Shown here: positions 28,968 to 39,496 of the stretch, piece by piece
Numbering within the stretch: the first letter of the stretch is position 1
Layout: every line of letters begins with the position of its first letter
Assembly: GCA_965221905.1 (NCBI GenBank)
Contig: OZ244922.1
Coordinates: 2,944,001-3,008,000 of the forward strand
Direction of reading: 5' to 3'
Origin: Chloroflexota bacterium
GTDB taxonomy: Bacteria; Chloroflexota; UBA11872; VXOZ01
DNA: 64,000 nt
Translations under genes and position numbers: made by a program
Notes under the pieces: generated by a model
Database searches by the model: none
Told to the model about the DNA's origin: nothing
The model's input: the letters and a program-made list of their open reading frames with translations, nothing else

Positions 28968-29717
28968 CTAATCGGTACGGTAGGACGCCGTGCGACGACC
29001 TACAGAACGATGGATAAGACGAATCCAGATCAGGTCTCGTAGTGTTGGGAGCACAACGCCTGCCAAATTCACGCGAGAGTCCGGAGAATCCGTCCAATGC
29101 ACCGGGATTTCGGCCACCTGAAACCCCATCTTTATTGCCAAATACAGTATTTCTACATCGTAAGCCCAGCCGCGAACCCTCTGACGGCTGAAGACCGGCG
29201 CAACAACATGTTTGCGAAACAGCTTGAAGCCGCAGGTCGTATCGACGATCTCAGGAATAGCCAACACGCGGGCAATGAAGCTAAAGGCCTTACCCATGGT
29301 CTCTCGCACCACAGGTTGGTGTTGCCGGATTTCCGATCCCGCCAGGTCCCGCGACCCAATCGCTATGTCGGCCCCACCATCCAAGGCCTGCGATAGCTTT
29401 TCAATCTCGGCAATGTCGGTAGAACCGTCGGCATCCATGAAGAGCACATACTCACCATCAGCCGCCAGCATCCCCGTGCGCACTGCCCAACCCTTGCCCA
29501 TGTTCTCGTCGTGACTGAGAAGGCGAACATGCCGGGATCGCTCCTGCCAGGAGGCGACCAAGTTCGCAGTGCTGTCCGTGGAGCCATCGTCAACAACCAG
29601 CACTTCAGCCCGACATTCCGGGCGTTCGGAAAAATAGGCTAGGGTTCGTTCCAGCGTAGCGCCAATCCGCTCTTCTTCGTTGTAAGCAGGAATGACGATT
29701 GAATAGCTCGTTTCCAC
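28968..29717 (-). CDS. GT2 glycosyltransferase (dolichyl-phosphate beta-glucosyltransferase-like)
   Basis: SIVIPAYNEE, VDDGS.D, N.GKG.AVR.G, FMDAD, DTTCGFKLF and YDVE; start chosen by eye. Confidence 0.88.
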   Translation of the reverse strand: METSYSIVIPAYNEEERIGATLERTLAYFSERPECRAEVLVVDDGSTDSTANLVASWQERSRHVRLLSHDENMGKGWAVRTGMLAADGEYVLFMDADGSTDIAEIEKLSQALDGGADIAIGSRDLAGSEIRQHQPVVRETMGKAFSFIARVLAIPEIVDTTCGFKLFRKHVVAPVFSRQRVRGWAYDVEILYLAIKMGFQVAEIPVHWTDSPDSRVNLAGVVLPTLRDLIWIRLIHRSVGRRTASYRTD

Positions 29718-29792
29718 ACCAGCCCTGTCTAGAGAGATTGTTTTCTTAGATGCAGCGTGACCGCAGACAAATGGGGTAAGCAAAGATTCCTG

Positions 29793-30092
29793 TCACGCTT
29801 CGGCAGATTCTGTGGCGGCGTCTGCGGGCTTGCCGAGACTGAAGCCGCCATCCTCAGAGTGACCCAAGACCACTCCATCGAGCGTTCGCAGACTTAGCCT
29901 ATCCACTAGCACCTTCAGGCCGTGCTGCTCGCTGACTTCGTCATTCTTGCCAGGTTTCTCCTCGCTCGACATGCCGAATTGCATACCATCCGCACCGGGA
30001 CGAACGAATACCCGAAGATACATTTCGCCCTCGCCTTCAGATTGCATCTGGTCCTTGATGAGTCGCGCAGCAGTTTCCGTAATTGTGAACAT
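29793..30092 (-). CDS. HesB/IscA-fold protein lacking cysteines
   Basis: FTITETAA, LRVFV, D.V....GLKVLVD..S...LDG..L and GF; AGGAG RBS. Confidence 0.7.
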   Translation of the reverse strand: MFTITETAARLIKDQMQSEGEGEMYLRVFVRPGADGMQFGMSSEEKPGKNDEVSEQHGLKVLVDRLSLRTLDGVVLGHSEDGGFSLGKPADAATESAEA

Positions 30093-30570
30093 GCACCCTC
30101 TCCTGAGTAGACGGACCCTGTGGAGGCTTCTGAGTCCAGGCTCAAGGGTATCACGCAGGTTGTTCACAGTAAATGCACTATCCGGGCAGTTGCCCCGCGT
30201 GAATTCGCCCCGGTATTTTCCTTGATAGTCCAAGTGCCAATCAACGCGCCTGCAGCGGCAGAAAAACGTAAGGTAACGATTGCGTCAGGAAAATTTGAGG
30301 GGGTCCATCGGCAAGACGCCCAAGCGCCCTTGCCGCATTCATGCACGACCGGCATCAGGTGCGAAAAGTTTTCGTTCACAGGTTGGTCGGGTACTCGGCG
30401 CCTTTCAGTAGCAGTAAGCCGTGTAATTGGGTATCCTGGACAACATGAGGCGCCAAAGCCCTTACAAATCTTGACAAGAGACAGCCGGGCGTCTTGTGCG
30501 CACCCCGCTACCCGCCGTCGTGATGGGGCTGAGATCAAGGGAGCGAACCGCCGCCCACGGGAGTGACGCC

Positions 30571-31293
30571 ATGGACACACATATCGACCCACGGTTCGAC
30601 CCATCTCAGATTTCTGCAGCCGACATTGAGTATCAGCGCAGTCACCGGAACAAGCGGAATTGGTTCTGGTACTACATAGTCGGCGGATTGATACTCATGC
30701 CGCTCTTCCATCTGTATCTGGGATTGCGCGTCAGCGGAAATAAGCAGTGGCCCTCGGGGCCACTGCTTATCATTTGCAATCACCGCAGCAATCTTGATCC
30801 CTTTGCTGTGGGCGTGGCGTGTACCCACCGTGTGCTTACGTTTATGGCCAAGGTGGAGCTCTTTCGCAACTCACTGCTGCGGTTCATTCTGCCCCGTTGG
30901 GGTGTATATCCGCTTATCCGCCAAAGCAATGACATTCGCGGTGTGCGTGTTCTTATGGAAGCGCTCAAGCGAAACGAGACTGTCGCACTCTTCCCCGAAG
31001 GCACCCGCAGCCGTACCGGAGAGGTAGGCCCGTTTAACTCCGGCTTTGTGCGCATCGCAGTGCGACAACGGATACCTATTGTGCTCGCTGCCATCAAGAA
31101 CACCGAAAAAGCCCTGCCACGGGGCAGCCAGTTCCCCAGTCCCCGGGTAGGAGTAACCATTACTTTGGGTGAACCGATAGAGCTGCAGGAGCACTACGGA
31201 AAGAAACTCTCGGGAGCTGAGGCAGATGCTATTGCAGAGTCTTTGCGGCAACGTATCATTGCACTTCTCGATGAAGGTACTGCGGCCGCCTAA
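30571..31293 (+). CDS. plsC: 1-acyl-sn-glycerol-3-phosphate acyltransferase
   Basis: NHRSNLD, FMAK.ELF and FPEGTRS motifs. Confidence 0.9.
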   Translation: MDTHIDPRFDPSQISAADIEYQRSHRNKRNWFWYYIVGGLILMPLFHLYLGLRVSGNKQWPSGPLLIICNHRSNLDPFAVGVACTHRVLTFMAKVELFRNSLLRFILPRWGVYPLIRQSNDIRGVRVLMEALKRNETVALFPEGTRSRTGEVGPFNSGFVRIAVRQRIPIVLAAIKNTEKALPRGSQFPSPRVGVTITLGEPIELQEHYGKKLSGAEADAIAESLRQRIIALLDEGTAAA

Positions 31294-31589
31294 GAACAAG
31301 TGAGACTACAGGCATGCAAATGCCCCGCACTGCCCTGCAAGTGCACAGCCACTCGAACGACGACTGCTCGGGAAACACTACAGATCTCAGAGAGCGACGC
31401 CGCGATGGCGCCCCTGAAGCGCTATCGATTCTCTATCAGCCGGTAGATTGAGAGTCTAGGGGCTCTTAATCTACCAGCAATTGCATGCGGCCGAAGCGCT
31501 TCACAACATTCGGACGCACCGATAGGTTGTTGCGGCCAACATTCGTCCAGTACAATGATAAGGAACGTGTGCAGAGCAGAAGGCAACCT

Positions 31590-32450
31590 ATGGAGATCAT
31601 TCTTGCAAGAGAGATGGGCTTTTGCTACGGCGTAAAACGCGCTATCGAGATGACGCAAGCTGTAGCGAAAGAGAGAGGGGAGATTCACACGCTGGGGCAG
31701 CTTGTCCACAATCCTTCGGTAATAGATAGACTAGAGCAAGACGGTATTAGCGTTGTCTCTGAAATGGAGACCATCCCGCAGGACGGCATTGCCACCATCA
31801 CTGCCCACGGCACGGGCAAAGCGGTCACTGAGCAAATCGCCGCACAAAATCTCGAGCTTTTGGATGCCACTTGCCCAATCGTTTCCAAGGTGCATCGCAT
31901 CGTCCAGGAGCATGCAGAGCGCGGGTATCAAATCCTAATCTTTGGCGACCCCTCCCACAAGGAAGTCCGCGGTATTCTCGGCTGGTCGGAAGGACGCGGC
32001 GAAGCCGTGGCGAGCCCAGAGGAGCTAGACTCCGTACGCCTCAGACGCAAAATCTGCCTCGTCTCCCAGACCACACAGACGGTAGAGCGTTTTCAGGCTG
32101 TGGCCCGCCGTTTGATGGACTTGGCGCTGGAGGATGCGCTCGAAGTACACGTGGTCAATACGCTCTGCTTCGCGACCACCAAACAACAGGCGGCCGCTCG
32201 CGATATCCTCCCACAGGTGGACATCATGATCGTGGTAGGCGGACGAAACAGTGCGAATACGACCCACCTCGCCGAGATTTCCCGCGACGCAAGTACCCCG
32301 ACATATCACATCGAAACGGCTGCCGAACTCGATCCTGCCTGGTTCTCGCACAAAGAGAGCGTCGGCATTACCGCGGGCGCTTCGACACCGGATTGGTCGG
32401 TGCAAGAGGTGGTGACCTGGCTCAAAGAGCTAGACGCAGTAGCATCCTAG
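31590..32450 (+). CDS. ispH: 4-hydroxy-3-methylbut-2-enyl diphosphate reductase
   Basis: GFCYGVKRA, LVHN, AHG, DATCP, NTLC.AT, SANT and GITAGASTP motifs. Confidence 0.96.
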   Translation: MEIILAREMGFCYGVKRAIEMTQAVAKERGEIHTLGQLVHNPSVIDRLEQDGISVVSEMETIPQDGIATITAHGTGKAVTEQIAAQNLELLDATCPIVSKVHRIVQEHAERGYQILIFGDPSHKEVRGILGWSEGRGEAVASPEELDSVRLRRKICLVSQTTQTVERFQAVARRLMDLALEDALEVHVVNTLCFATTKQQAAARDILPQVDIMIVVGGRNSANTTHLAEISRDASTPTYHIETAAELDPAWFSHKESVGITAGASTPDWSVQEVVTWLKELDAVAS

Positions 32451-32786
32451 CGAGTATCTCGCTCGCAAGTTGCACCTGCCCGCTCTGGCGAAGAACACCT
32501 CACTTGGGCTGCAACTTCGATAATGCCGCAGAGCGCACCATGAGCGGAAAGACAGCCAGAGTGCGCTATGCGCCGGCAACCAATGCAGTATGTCCTGATT
32601 GAGTGAACAATCGGAGTGAGTTTCCGGTAATCCCGCAGGCTCATCCCGCCCAGTGTACAATTGTCCGGCTGCTGGAGTACCGTAGAGCCAGTAAGAACTC
32701 GCATAGCGGCAAGCCGGTATACGCTGCCTCCCTCCAAGAAGAGGGTCTCAGCGAGCGTGCAAATCATGCAAAAGAGCATTACCTTC

Positions 32787-34145
32787 ATGAACGTAACATC
32801 CGATCAACCAGACGTTGAGGAACTGCCGGCGAACTCCGTTGCTACTCCCAGTGGGATCGTTGCCCTCGTAGGGCGGCCGAATGTGGGGAAGTCCAGCATC
32901 TTCAATCGGTTGCTCGGACAGCGCCAAGCCGTCGTAGAGGATATCCCCGGTACCACCCGCGACCGCATCTACGGCGTTGTAGAGTGGCAGGGCCACGCCT
33001 TCACGGTCACCGATACCGGCGGCATCGTCGCGGAAAGCGATGCGCTGACGGAGTCCGTACTTGGTCAGGTACACGCCGCAATCGACGAAGCAACCGTCAT
33101 CGTCTTCGTCGTAGACACGCCTACCGGGATCACGCCACAAGACGCAGAAATCGCCGGCCTCCTGCGCAACACGAAGAAGCCTGTAGTGATTGCTGCGAAC
33201 AAAGCTGACAATCAGGACCAACACTTGCAGACGTTTGAGTTCTTCTCTCTGGGCATGGGCGAGGTAATCTCACTTTCGGCGCTACACGGGCTTGGCACCG
33301 GCGATCTCCTCGATGCCATCTGCGCACACATTCCAAGATCGGAAGAAACGAACGCTGAGACGGCACTGCCCCAGTTCGCTATTGTCGGACGGCCAAACGT
33401 AGGGAAGTCGGCGCTGCTCAACGCACTGCTCGGACACGAACGCACGATTGTCAGCGAAATTCCCGGCACTACGCGGGACGCCATCGACACTGTCGTCACT
33501 TACGGGGAAGACACTGCGGTACTGATCGACACTGCCGGAATCCGGCGGAGCGGCAAAGTGCAGCACGGCGTGGAATCTCATAGTGTGCTCCGCACTGTGC
33601 GGGCACTCGAGCGCTGCAACGTTGCCCTTCTCGTCGTCGATGCCGCCGAAGGGCTGACTGCGCAGGACGTGCACATAGCAGGTTATGTCAATGATGCGTT
33701 CAAGGGACTGGTCGTCTTGATCAACAAATGGGATCTGGTCGACGCAGACGCCGGGGAAGTAAAACGGATGATTCAGGGGCGATTGCGCTGGATGCCGCAC
33801 GCGCCGTCCGTGGTTATGTCCGCAAAGTCCGGCTACCACCTTGCCCACATACTTCCGGCAGCCCTGCAGGTATTTGCCGAGCGCGGCAGGCGCATCACCA
33901 CCGGGACGCTCAACCGCGCGCTGCGCGCATGGCTGGCCAACCGCACCCTCTCATCGAAGCGAAAGCGGCTCAGCATCTACTACGTGACCCAAGCGAGCAC
34001 GCATCCGCCGACCTTCATATTCTCCGTTAACAATCCGGCCCTCGTTCACTTTTCGCACCGCCGCTTCTTGGAAAACAAAATACGGCGGCAGTTTGGTTTC
34101 GCCGGTACGCCAATACGGCTGCTTTTCCACGACCATCATGGCTGA
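32787..34145 (+). CDS. der: Ribosome biogenesis GTPase Der
   Basis: Two GRPNVGKS / DT(G/A)G / NKxD GTPase domains, ending GFAGTPIRL. Confidence 0.95.
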   Translation: MNVTSDQPDVEELPANSVATPSGIVALVGRPNVGKSSIFNRLLGQRQAVVEDIPGTTRDRIYGVVEWQGHAFTVTDTGGIVAESDALTESVLGQVHAAIDEATVIVFVVDTPTGITPQDAEIAGLLRNTKKPVVIAANKADNQDQHLQTFEFFSLGMGEVISLSALHGLGTGDLLDAICAHIPRSEETNAETALPQFAIVGRPNVGKSALLNALLGHERTIVSEIPGTTRDAIDTVVTYGEDTAVLIDTAGIRRSGKVQHGVESHSVLRTVRALERCNVALLVVDAAEGLTAQDVHIAGYVNDAFKGLVVLINKWDLVDADAGEVKRMIQGRLRWMPHAPSVVMSAKSGYHLAHILPAALQVFAERGRRITTGTLNRALRAWLANRTLSSKRKRLSIYYVTQASTHPPTFIFSVNNPALVHFSHRRFLENKIRRQFGFAGTPIRLLFHDHHG

Positions 34146-34761
34146 TTTCCTTTGGTACGCGGTCTCTATCGTCATTGGGTATCTCGCCGGGTCTATTCCT
34201 AGTGGCTGGCTGATAGCCCGCCTCATGCATCAAACGGACATCCGCAAGTACGGTAGTGGGCGTACAGGATCTACTAACGTGTGGCGCACGTTCGGCGTAG
34301 TGCCCGGCGTACTATCCTTCGTCGGAGATGCGCTGAAAGTTATCTTGCCTCTCTTTGCTCTTCGCCTAGCGTTTCCCGGCAATGAGATAGCGGAAGCACT
34401 CATGGCATTTGCGGCAATTCTCGGCCACAACTGGCCCCTCTTCATCGGTTTTCGCGGCGGCAGGGGCATGGTACCGGGCGCAGCGGGCCTCGCCTTCATG
34501 GTGCCGCCCACCATGGCTGTTCTATGGGTGATCTTCTTGCCGGTCATGCTCATCAGCCGGTACGTGTCCCTTGCATCGCTTACTACAGTAGCCGCTGCCC
34601 CGATTCTGATTGCTATTGCAATGCTTTGGTTCCAAGTACCCGTGGCGTACCTGATCTACGCTATCGTTGGCGGTGTTGTCATATTTCTACAGCACCGCGA
34701 CAACATCGCGCGGCTCTTGGCCGGCACCGAACGCCGCATTTCGCTGGGACGGCAAGACTGA
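34138..34761 (+). CDS. plsY: Glycerol-3-phosphate acyltransferase PlsY
   Basis: GSIP, DIR..GSG..G.TN, GHNWP...GFRGG.G, YVSLAS and HRDNI.RL..GTE motifs. Confidence 0.93.
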   Translation: MADFLWYAVSIVIGYLAGSIPSGWLIARLMHQTDIRKYGSGRTGSTNVWRTFGVVPGVLSFVGDALKVILPLFALRLAFPGNEIAEALMAFAAILGHNWPLFIGFRGGRGMVPGAAGLAFMVPPTMAVLWVIFLPVMLISRYVSLASLTTVAAAPILIAIAMLWFQVPVAYLIYAIVGGVVIFLQHRDNIARLLAGTERRISLGRQD

Positions 34762-34799
34762 GAGACTTCCGCAGCCCGGCACCGCATGGGAGTTACGCC

Positions 34800-35513
34800 G
34801 TGAAGCCTGGAGACGATGTCGCCAAAGCTCCTCTTGAATGTAACGACCAATCCCTCGATTGCGGAGAGAACGCTGCGACCGCCACGATCACCGCGCTTCT
34901 CCCTCGCGGCGCTAAGGGAAACGCCTTTACGGTAGAGCTGAGCAATGGCGAGAGGCTTTCTTTGCGGTCAGAGACTGTGGCTACACACAGACTTAGTGTT
35001 GGCGACACGGTGGATTCCGCCGCCATCACCGCGTGGCAACGTGACAACAGCGCTCGGCTTGCCGTGGAAGCCGGCCTGAACTTCATCTCCTTCCGCCCCC
35101 GCAGCACCAAAGAGGTGGCAGACCACCTGCGCAAGAAGCCGCTTGACACGGCAGCCCGCGACCATGCTATTGGCCGCTTGCAAGAGCTAGGGTATTTAGA
35201 CGACGCGGCATTTGCCCGTTTCTGGGTGGAGAGCCGAGACACGCATCGGCCCAGAGGCAGAAGGGCGCTCGCTTGGGAACTGCGGCAAAAGGGCGTTGCC
35301 GACGCCATCATCGAAGACACGCTGGCGCGGTTCCCCGGTGACGAGACCACGCTGGCACACGAGGCCGCCCGTAAACGCGCGACGACACTCAAGACTACCG
35401 ATCCTTCCAAATTCCGCCAACAGCTCGGTGCATTCCTCGCCCGCAGGGGCTTCAGCTACGAGGTCGCCGGCCAGGTGGTGGACGATCTCTGGGAGGAACT
35501 GCGCGGAGACTGA
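34800..35513 (+). CDS. recX: Regulatory protein RecX
   Basis: S.RPRS..E, GYLDD..FA, ELRQKGV and FLARRGF motifs; start uncertain. Confidence 0.88.
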   Translation: MKPGDDVAKAPLECNDQSLDCGENAATATITALLPRGAKGNAFTVELSNGERLSLRSETVATHRLSVGDTVDSAAITAWQRDNSARLAVEAGLNFISFRPRSTKEVADHLRKKPLDTAARDHAIGRLQELGYLDDAAFARFWVESRDTHRPRGRRALAWELRQKGVADAIIEDTLARFPGDETTLAHEAARKRATTLKTTDPSKFRQQLGAFLARRGFSYEVAGQVVDDLWEELRGD

Positions 35514-35633
35514 GCAATTCGCTAAGACTGCGCGATACGCGAAGACGACTCTCATTTCTCAAAATAGGTTGCTAGATGGCTGTGCAGCCGCATATGATGT
35601 TAATAATTGGGGCTGCAAGAGAGGAGAGCAATC

Positions 35634-36182
35634 ATGGCTAGCTCTACGCCCACATTCAAATTCACATACGCGGACTACAGAAACGCACCGGATGAAAAGC
35701 GCTACGAATTATTGGACGGAGACTTAGTTGTGGTTCCAGCGCCAAAAGAGGTTCACCAAAGAGTATTGATTAACCTCACAATTCTGTTGGGGCAGTTGGT
35801 AAGGCACACGGGTGTTGGCGAAATCTATGCCGCACCTTTCGATGTAGTGCTGTCGGATACGGACGTTGTGCAGCCCGATCTGCTGTTTGTCTCCAATGAG
35901 CGGGTACACATTATCACTGACGAAAACGTCCAAGGCGCGCCCGACCTCGTAGTCGAAATCCTCTCGCCGTCAACGGCCGAGCGGGACAAGACCTTCAAAC
36001 GCTCCCTCTACGCCAAGCACGGCGTCAAGGAATACTGGCTGGTGGACACCGATGCCGAGACGGTGACGGTCCTGGTGTGGGACGCACACCATTTTGTGGA
36101 AATCGGCGTTTGCGGTAAAGGACAGACCCTATCCTCGCCCACCCTGAAGGGATTCACCATCAATTCGGACGATGTTTTCTAG
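35634..36182 (+). CDS. Uma2 family PD-(D/E)xK endonuclease-like protein
   Basis: RYELLDG, HQ, VQPDLLF, GAPDLVVEILSPST and GVKEYWLVD motifs. Confidence 0.92.
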   Translation: MASSTPTFKFTYADYRNAPDEKRYELLDGDLVVVPAPKEVHQRVLINLTILLGQLVRHTGVGEIYAAPFDVVLSDTDVVQPDLLFVSNERVHIITDENVQGAPDLVVEILSPSTAERDKTFKRSLYAKHGVKEYWLVDTDAETVTVLVWDAHHFVEIGVCGKGQTLSSPTLKGFTINSDDVF

Positions 36183-36261
36183 GCCCGGTCTCTGCCACTT
36201 AGGGATTATGGACCCACGCGCGTTGTCATAGGAGAGGCACGAGCTTACGTGCTGCCGATTG

Positions 36262-37758
36262 CTATTCTGCCAGCATACTGAAGGTAGGTTTCAGCGCAGG
36301 ATACAAGGCACAGAACACCTCGAATTGCCGTTCGTAGCAAGCGGAAGCATCCACTTCAGGTGCGAAGGTCGCTTCAACTCTCGGATTCCACGCGGCGAGC
36401 CAGTTAATGTCTTTTTTATCGGCAGCGACGAACGCTAATAACGCAGCCCCCTGAGCCGCGCTGTCGCCGCCCTCGATCACGGCAAGGGGACGCCGCAGCA
36501 CATTCGCGAGGATTTGCAGGACGACCGAGAAGGCAGCACCACCAGTTACGGTAAGGGGAGCTATCCTGCCTCCAAGCTGCGCCTCCATCTCGGTTAACAC
36601 GTTTCGCACGGCAAACGCAATACCCTCCACCACCGCCCGCGCCATCTCGGCACGACCCGTGCCAAGGCGCAGTCCATAGAAGATGCCGCGCGCATCACGG
36701 TCCCACAACGGCGCGCGTTCACCCATCAGATACGGCAAGAAGATTACGCCGCCGGCGCCCGGTTCACTCGTGCCTGCCAGCGCCACCAACTCGTCGACAG
36801 ATTCAGCGCCCAAGAGCGCTGCTGCCCAGCGCAAGGTCGCGCCGCCCATCAACGTCGGCGCCACGTGCAGGTAGCGATCCGGCAAGACGTGACGGCGCGT
36901 ATAGAAACGCGGGTCGGTTACGCGGCGCTCGGTACTCACTGTGAGAACACTGGTCGTACCCAGCGACAGCAATCCGGCGTGCGGCGTAACAAGGCCCGCG
37001 CCAACTGCCGCGGCCTGCGCGTCCGCTCCTCCCATTGCGACCGGCGTGCCTGCCGGAAGGCCTAACTCTTTCGCGGCTCCGGCGGAAACGCTGCCTATCC
37101 TCGCCTCCGACGGCATGTGCGGCGGCAGCTTTTCCAACGGGATGCCAAGGCTTCGACACCAGGCGTCCAGCCAGCGCGGCGGGTCGTCCAGCGCAAAGAG
37201 GCCTGAGAGCTGCGCGTTGGCCCAGTCAATCCCAAAGTTACCGGTGAGACGATACGCCAGGTAGGTAGTCAAAGAGCCAAAGTAGGCGCACGCTTCCACA
37301 AGCTCGGGTCGCTCTTCCACCAGCCAGAGCATGCTGCTGAGTGTCGTGCTTCCGCTCTCGATCCGAATCCCTGTCCGCGGCACTATCGAGGACTGGCTTT
37401 CGCGCACCAACACGCGCTTCACCTGCTGCGCACTCCGCCGGTCTTCATAGATGATCCCGGCGTGCAGCGGCGTGCCATCCGACGCCAGGGGCGCTACCGA
37501 CGGAGCGAGAGACGAGATTCCAATCCCAATGATGCGCTTTGAGGTGGGACCGCCGGGTATCGCCGCGAATGCCCCGTGACAGGCTGTTACCGCGCTCTCC
37601 CAGCAGCGCGCGAAGTCAACCTCAGCCCAGCCCGGCTGTGGGCGCACAATCCGCGTAGGCGCACTGCCTCGCGCCACGATGGTCCCCTCGCCGGTGCAAA
37701 GGACCACCTTGGTCGCTGTACTTCCAACGTCAATACCTATTGCGAATTCAGGAATCAT
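36262..37758 (-). CDS. FGGY family carbohydrate kinase (xylulokinase-like)
   Basis: GIDVGST..K, GGAD, SLGT, FLPYL.GER.P.WD, RAVVEG and TGG motifs. Confidence 0.88.
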   Translation of the reverse strand: MIPEFAIGIDVGSTATKVVLCTGEGTIVARGSAPTRIVRPQPGWAEVDFARCWESAVTACHGAFAAIPGGPTSKRIIGIGISSLAPSVAPLASDGTPLHAGIIYEDRRSAQQVKRVLVRESQSSIVPRTGIRIESGSTTLSSMLWLVEERPELVEACAYFGSLTTYLAYRLTGNFGIDWANAQLSGLFALDDPPRWLDAWCRSLGIPLEKLPPHMPSEARIGSVSAGAAKELGLPAGTPVAMGGADAQAAAVGAGLVTPHAGLLSLGTTSVLTVSTERRVTDPRFYTRRHVLPDRYLHVAPTLMGGATLRWAAALLGAESVDELVALAGTSEPGAGGVIFLPYLMGERAPLWDRDARGIFYGLRLGTGRAEMARAVVEGIAFAVRNVLTEMEAQLGGRIAPLTVTGGAAFSVVLQILANVLRRPLAVIEGGDSAAQGAALLAFVAADKKDINWLAAWNPRVEATFAPEVDASACYERQFEVFCALYPALKPTFSMLAE

Positions 37759-37846
37759 AGCCGGAAGGGCAAACAATTCTGCCCCAATTGCACAACCGCA
37801 AGAGCGCTATTCCGGACGGGCAATTGCCTAAGTGGAAATGGCAAAT

Positions 37847-38929
37847 CTAGCGCCGAATGCGCGCCGAACCACCCGCCGCGAACGCGCGCACGTCGTCTAC
37901 CGTTGCCATCGTGGTGTCGCCTGGGAACGAGGTAATCAACGCGCCGTGCGCCCAGCCCAGCCTCACCGCGTCGGCGGGAGCTTCACCCGAGAGGATTCCA
38001 TAGATAAGCCCGGACGCGAAGCCATCTCCGCCGCCGACACGATCGAGAACATCAAGTTCGGCAGTGGGCGCGAGGTGGACTTCGCCGTTGATCCACGTCA
38101 CCGCGCTCCAACTGTGCCGGTTCGTAGAGTGCACTTCGCGAAGCGTGGTGGCTACGATCCTAACCTGCGGAAACTGACCGACCACCTGATCGATCATGGC
38201 GGTAAAGGCACTGGGGTCGAGCTTGGACTTTGCCGCCACTTCCGGGCCGGGTATTCCTAAACCCGTCTGCAAGTCTTCCTCATTGCCTACGAGCACGTCG
38301 ACATTCTCTACAATGCGCCGATTCACCGCGCTGGCACGGTCTTCTCCACCCCATATTTGCCAGAGCTTCGCGCGGAAGTTCAGGTCGTAGGATACGATCG
38401 CGCCTGCCGCCTTGGCCGCTTGCATGCCCTCGATGATTACTTCCGACGTCGTGGGAGAGAGCGCCGCAAAGATACCGCCGCTATGAAACCAGCGCACGCC
38501 GCCCGCAAAGATTGCATCCCAATCGAAGTCACCGGGCTTGAGCTGCGCCGCCGCTTCGTTGCACCGGTTGTAGAAGACCACCGGCGCGCGCACGCCTTGG
38601 CCGCGGTCGCTATAGACCGTCGCCATGTTCGGCCCGTTCACGCCGTTGTGCTCGAAGCGCTTATAGAACGGCGTAACTCCCATCGCGCGCACACGCTCTG
38701 CAATCAAGTCTCCAATCGGATAGTCGACCATTGCTGTCGCGACGCCGGTGTTTAGACCGAAGCAATCGGCCAAGTTGGCGGCAGTATTGAACTCTCCGCC
38801 GCTAACGTGGATTGCGCACGTGTGCGCCTTGCGGAAGGGAATGATCCCAGGATCAAGGCGGTGGACAAGCGCCCCCAGCGCAACAAAGTCACGCCCTGCT
38901 TCCGCATTGACATCTAGTCCATAGCTCAT
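37847..38929 (-). CDS. PfkB sugar kinase (2-keto-3-deoxygluconate kinase-like)
   Basis: GGEFN, HSGGI, SYDLNFR.KLW, GNEED and DRVGGGDGFASG motifs. Confidence 0.85.
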   Translation of the reverse strand: MSYGLDVNAEAGRDFVALGALVHRLDPGIIPFRKAHTCAIHVSGGEFNTAANLADCFGLNTGVATAMVDYPIGDLIAERVRAMGVTPFYKRFEHNGVNGPNMATVYSDRGQGVRAPVVFYNRCNEAAAQLKPGDFDWDAIFAGGVRWFHSGGIFAALSPTTSEVIIEGMQAAKAAGAIVSYDLNFRAKLWQIWGGEDRASAVNRRIVENVDVLVGNEEDLQTGLGIPGPEVAAKSKLDPSAFTAMIDQVVGQFPQVRIVATTLREVHSTNRHSWSAVTWINGEVHLAPTAELDVLDRVGGGDGFASGLIYGILSGEAPADAVRLGWAHGALITSFPGDTTMATVDDVRAFAAGGSARIRR

Positions 38930-39193
38930 CGTTCATTCCCTTTCCCGTAGGCGAGCTTCGTGTGTTCTCTTACTTACGCACTTGGCGGCAAAATATTCTG
39001 CAGCCTGGCTCACGGAGTGATTCCAGCGACAACCAACGCGACACTGCAATTGGAATTATATACCCCAGGCCCGCCAATGAGATAGGAACGCAAGGCAAAC
39101 TCGGAGCCGGCGTTTCGGCGCCTAGCAGCATCTGTGCGAGAGACACCGTTCATGTGCCATCGCTTCAGCCCAGCAGTACAATCCGGGCCCATT

Positions 39194-39227
39194 TGCTTGT
39201 TGGTTTAATGTGCTTGTTGGTTTAATG
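39194..39227. repeat. Perfect 17-bp tandem duplication in the divergent intergenic region
   Basis: tgcttgttggtttaatg x2. Confidence 0.8.
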
Positions 39228-39496
39228 TAAGAAGCAAGGATAGCCACATGTGATTCGACCCTTCTACCACCTAAAGACAAGCGAATTCTCTGCGTACGGG
39301 CGTGCTTGCATGCCGCGGTCGCCCAAGAATTGGGATTGAAGGAGCCGGCAGCTTGATGAGAATTCGTAAACGGTGCTACCATGAAATCATGCTGGAATTA
39401 AGTTGCCAAGAGTTTGGCAAGGAAATTGATGCACATAGCCTCTCGTAGTTAGTTTGCTGCGGGCGGCAATTTTATTTAAGGGTCTGCACTTCGCAC

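Noticed and set aside
29793-30092. HesB-like selenoprotein
   Set aside because: No in-frame TGA at the Cys/Sec position.
35634-36182. Uma2 gene as a defence system or mobile element
   Set aside because: Solitary gene with no methylase, partner gene or flanking repeats; the family is commonly scattered in such genomes.
38930-39496. Moco riboswitch upstream of modA
   Set aside because: I could not identify the conserved motif by eye; an Rfam search would be needed.
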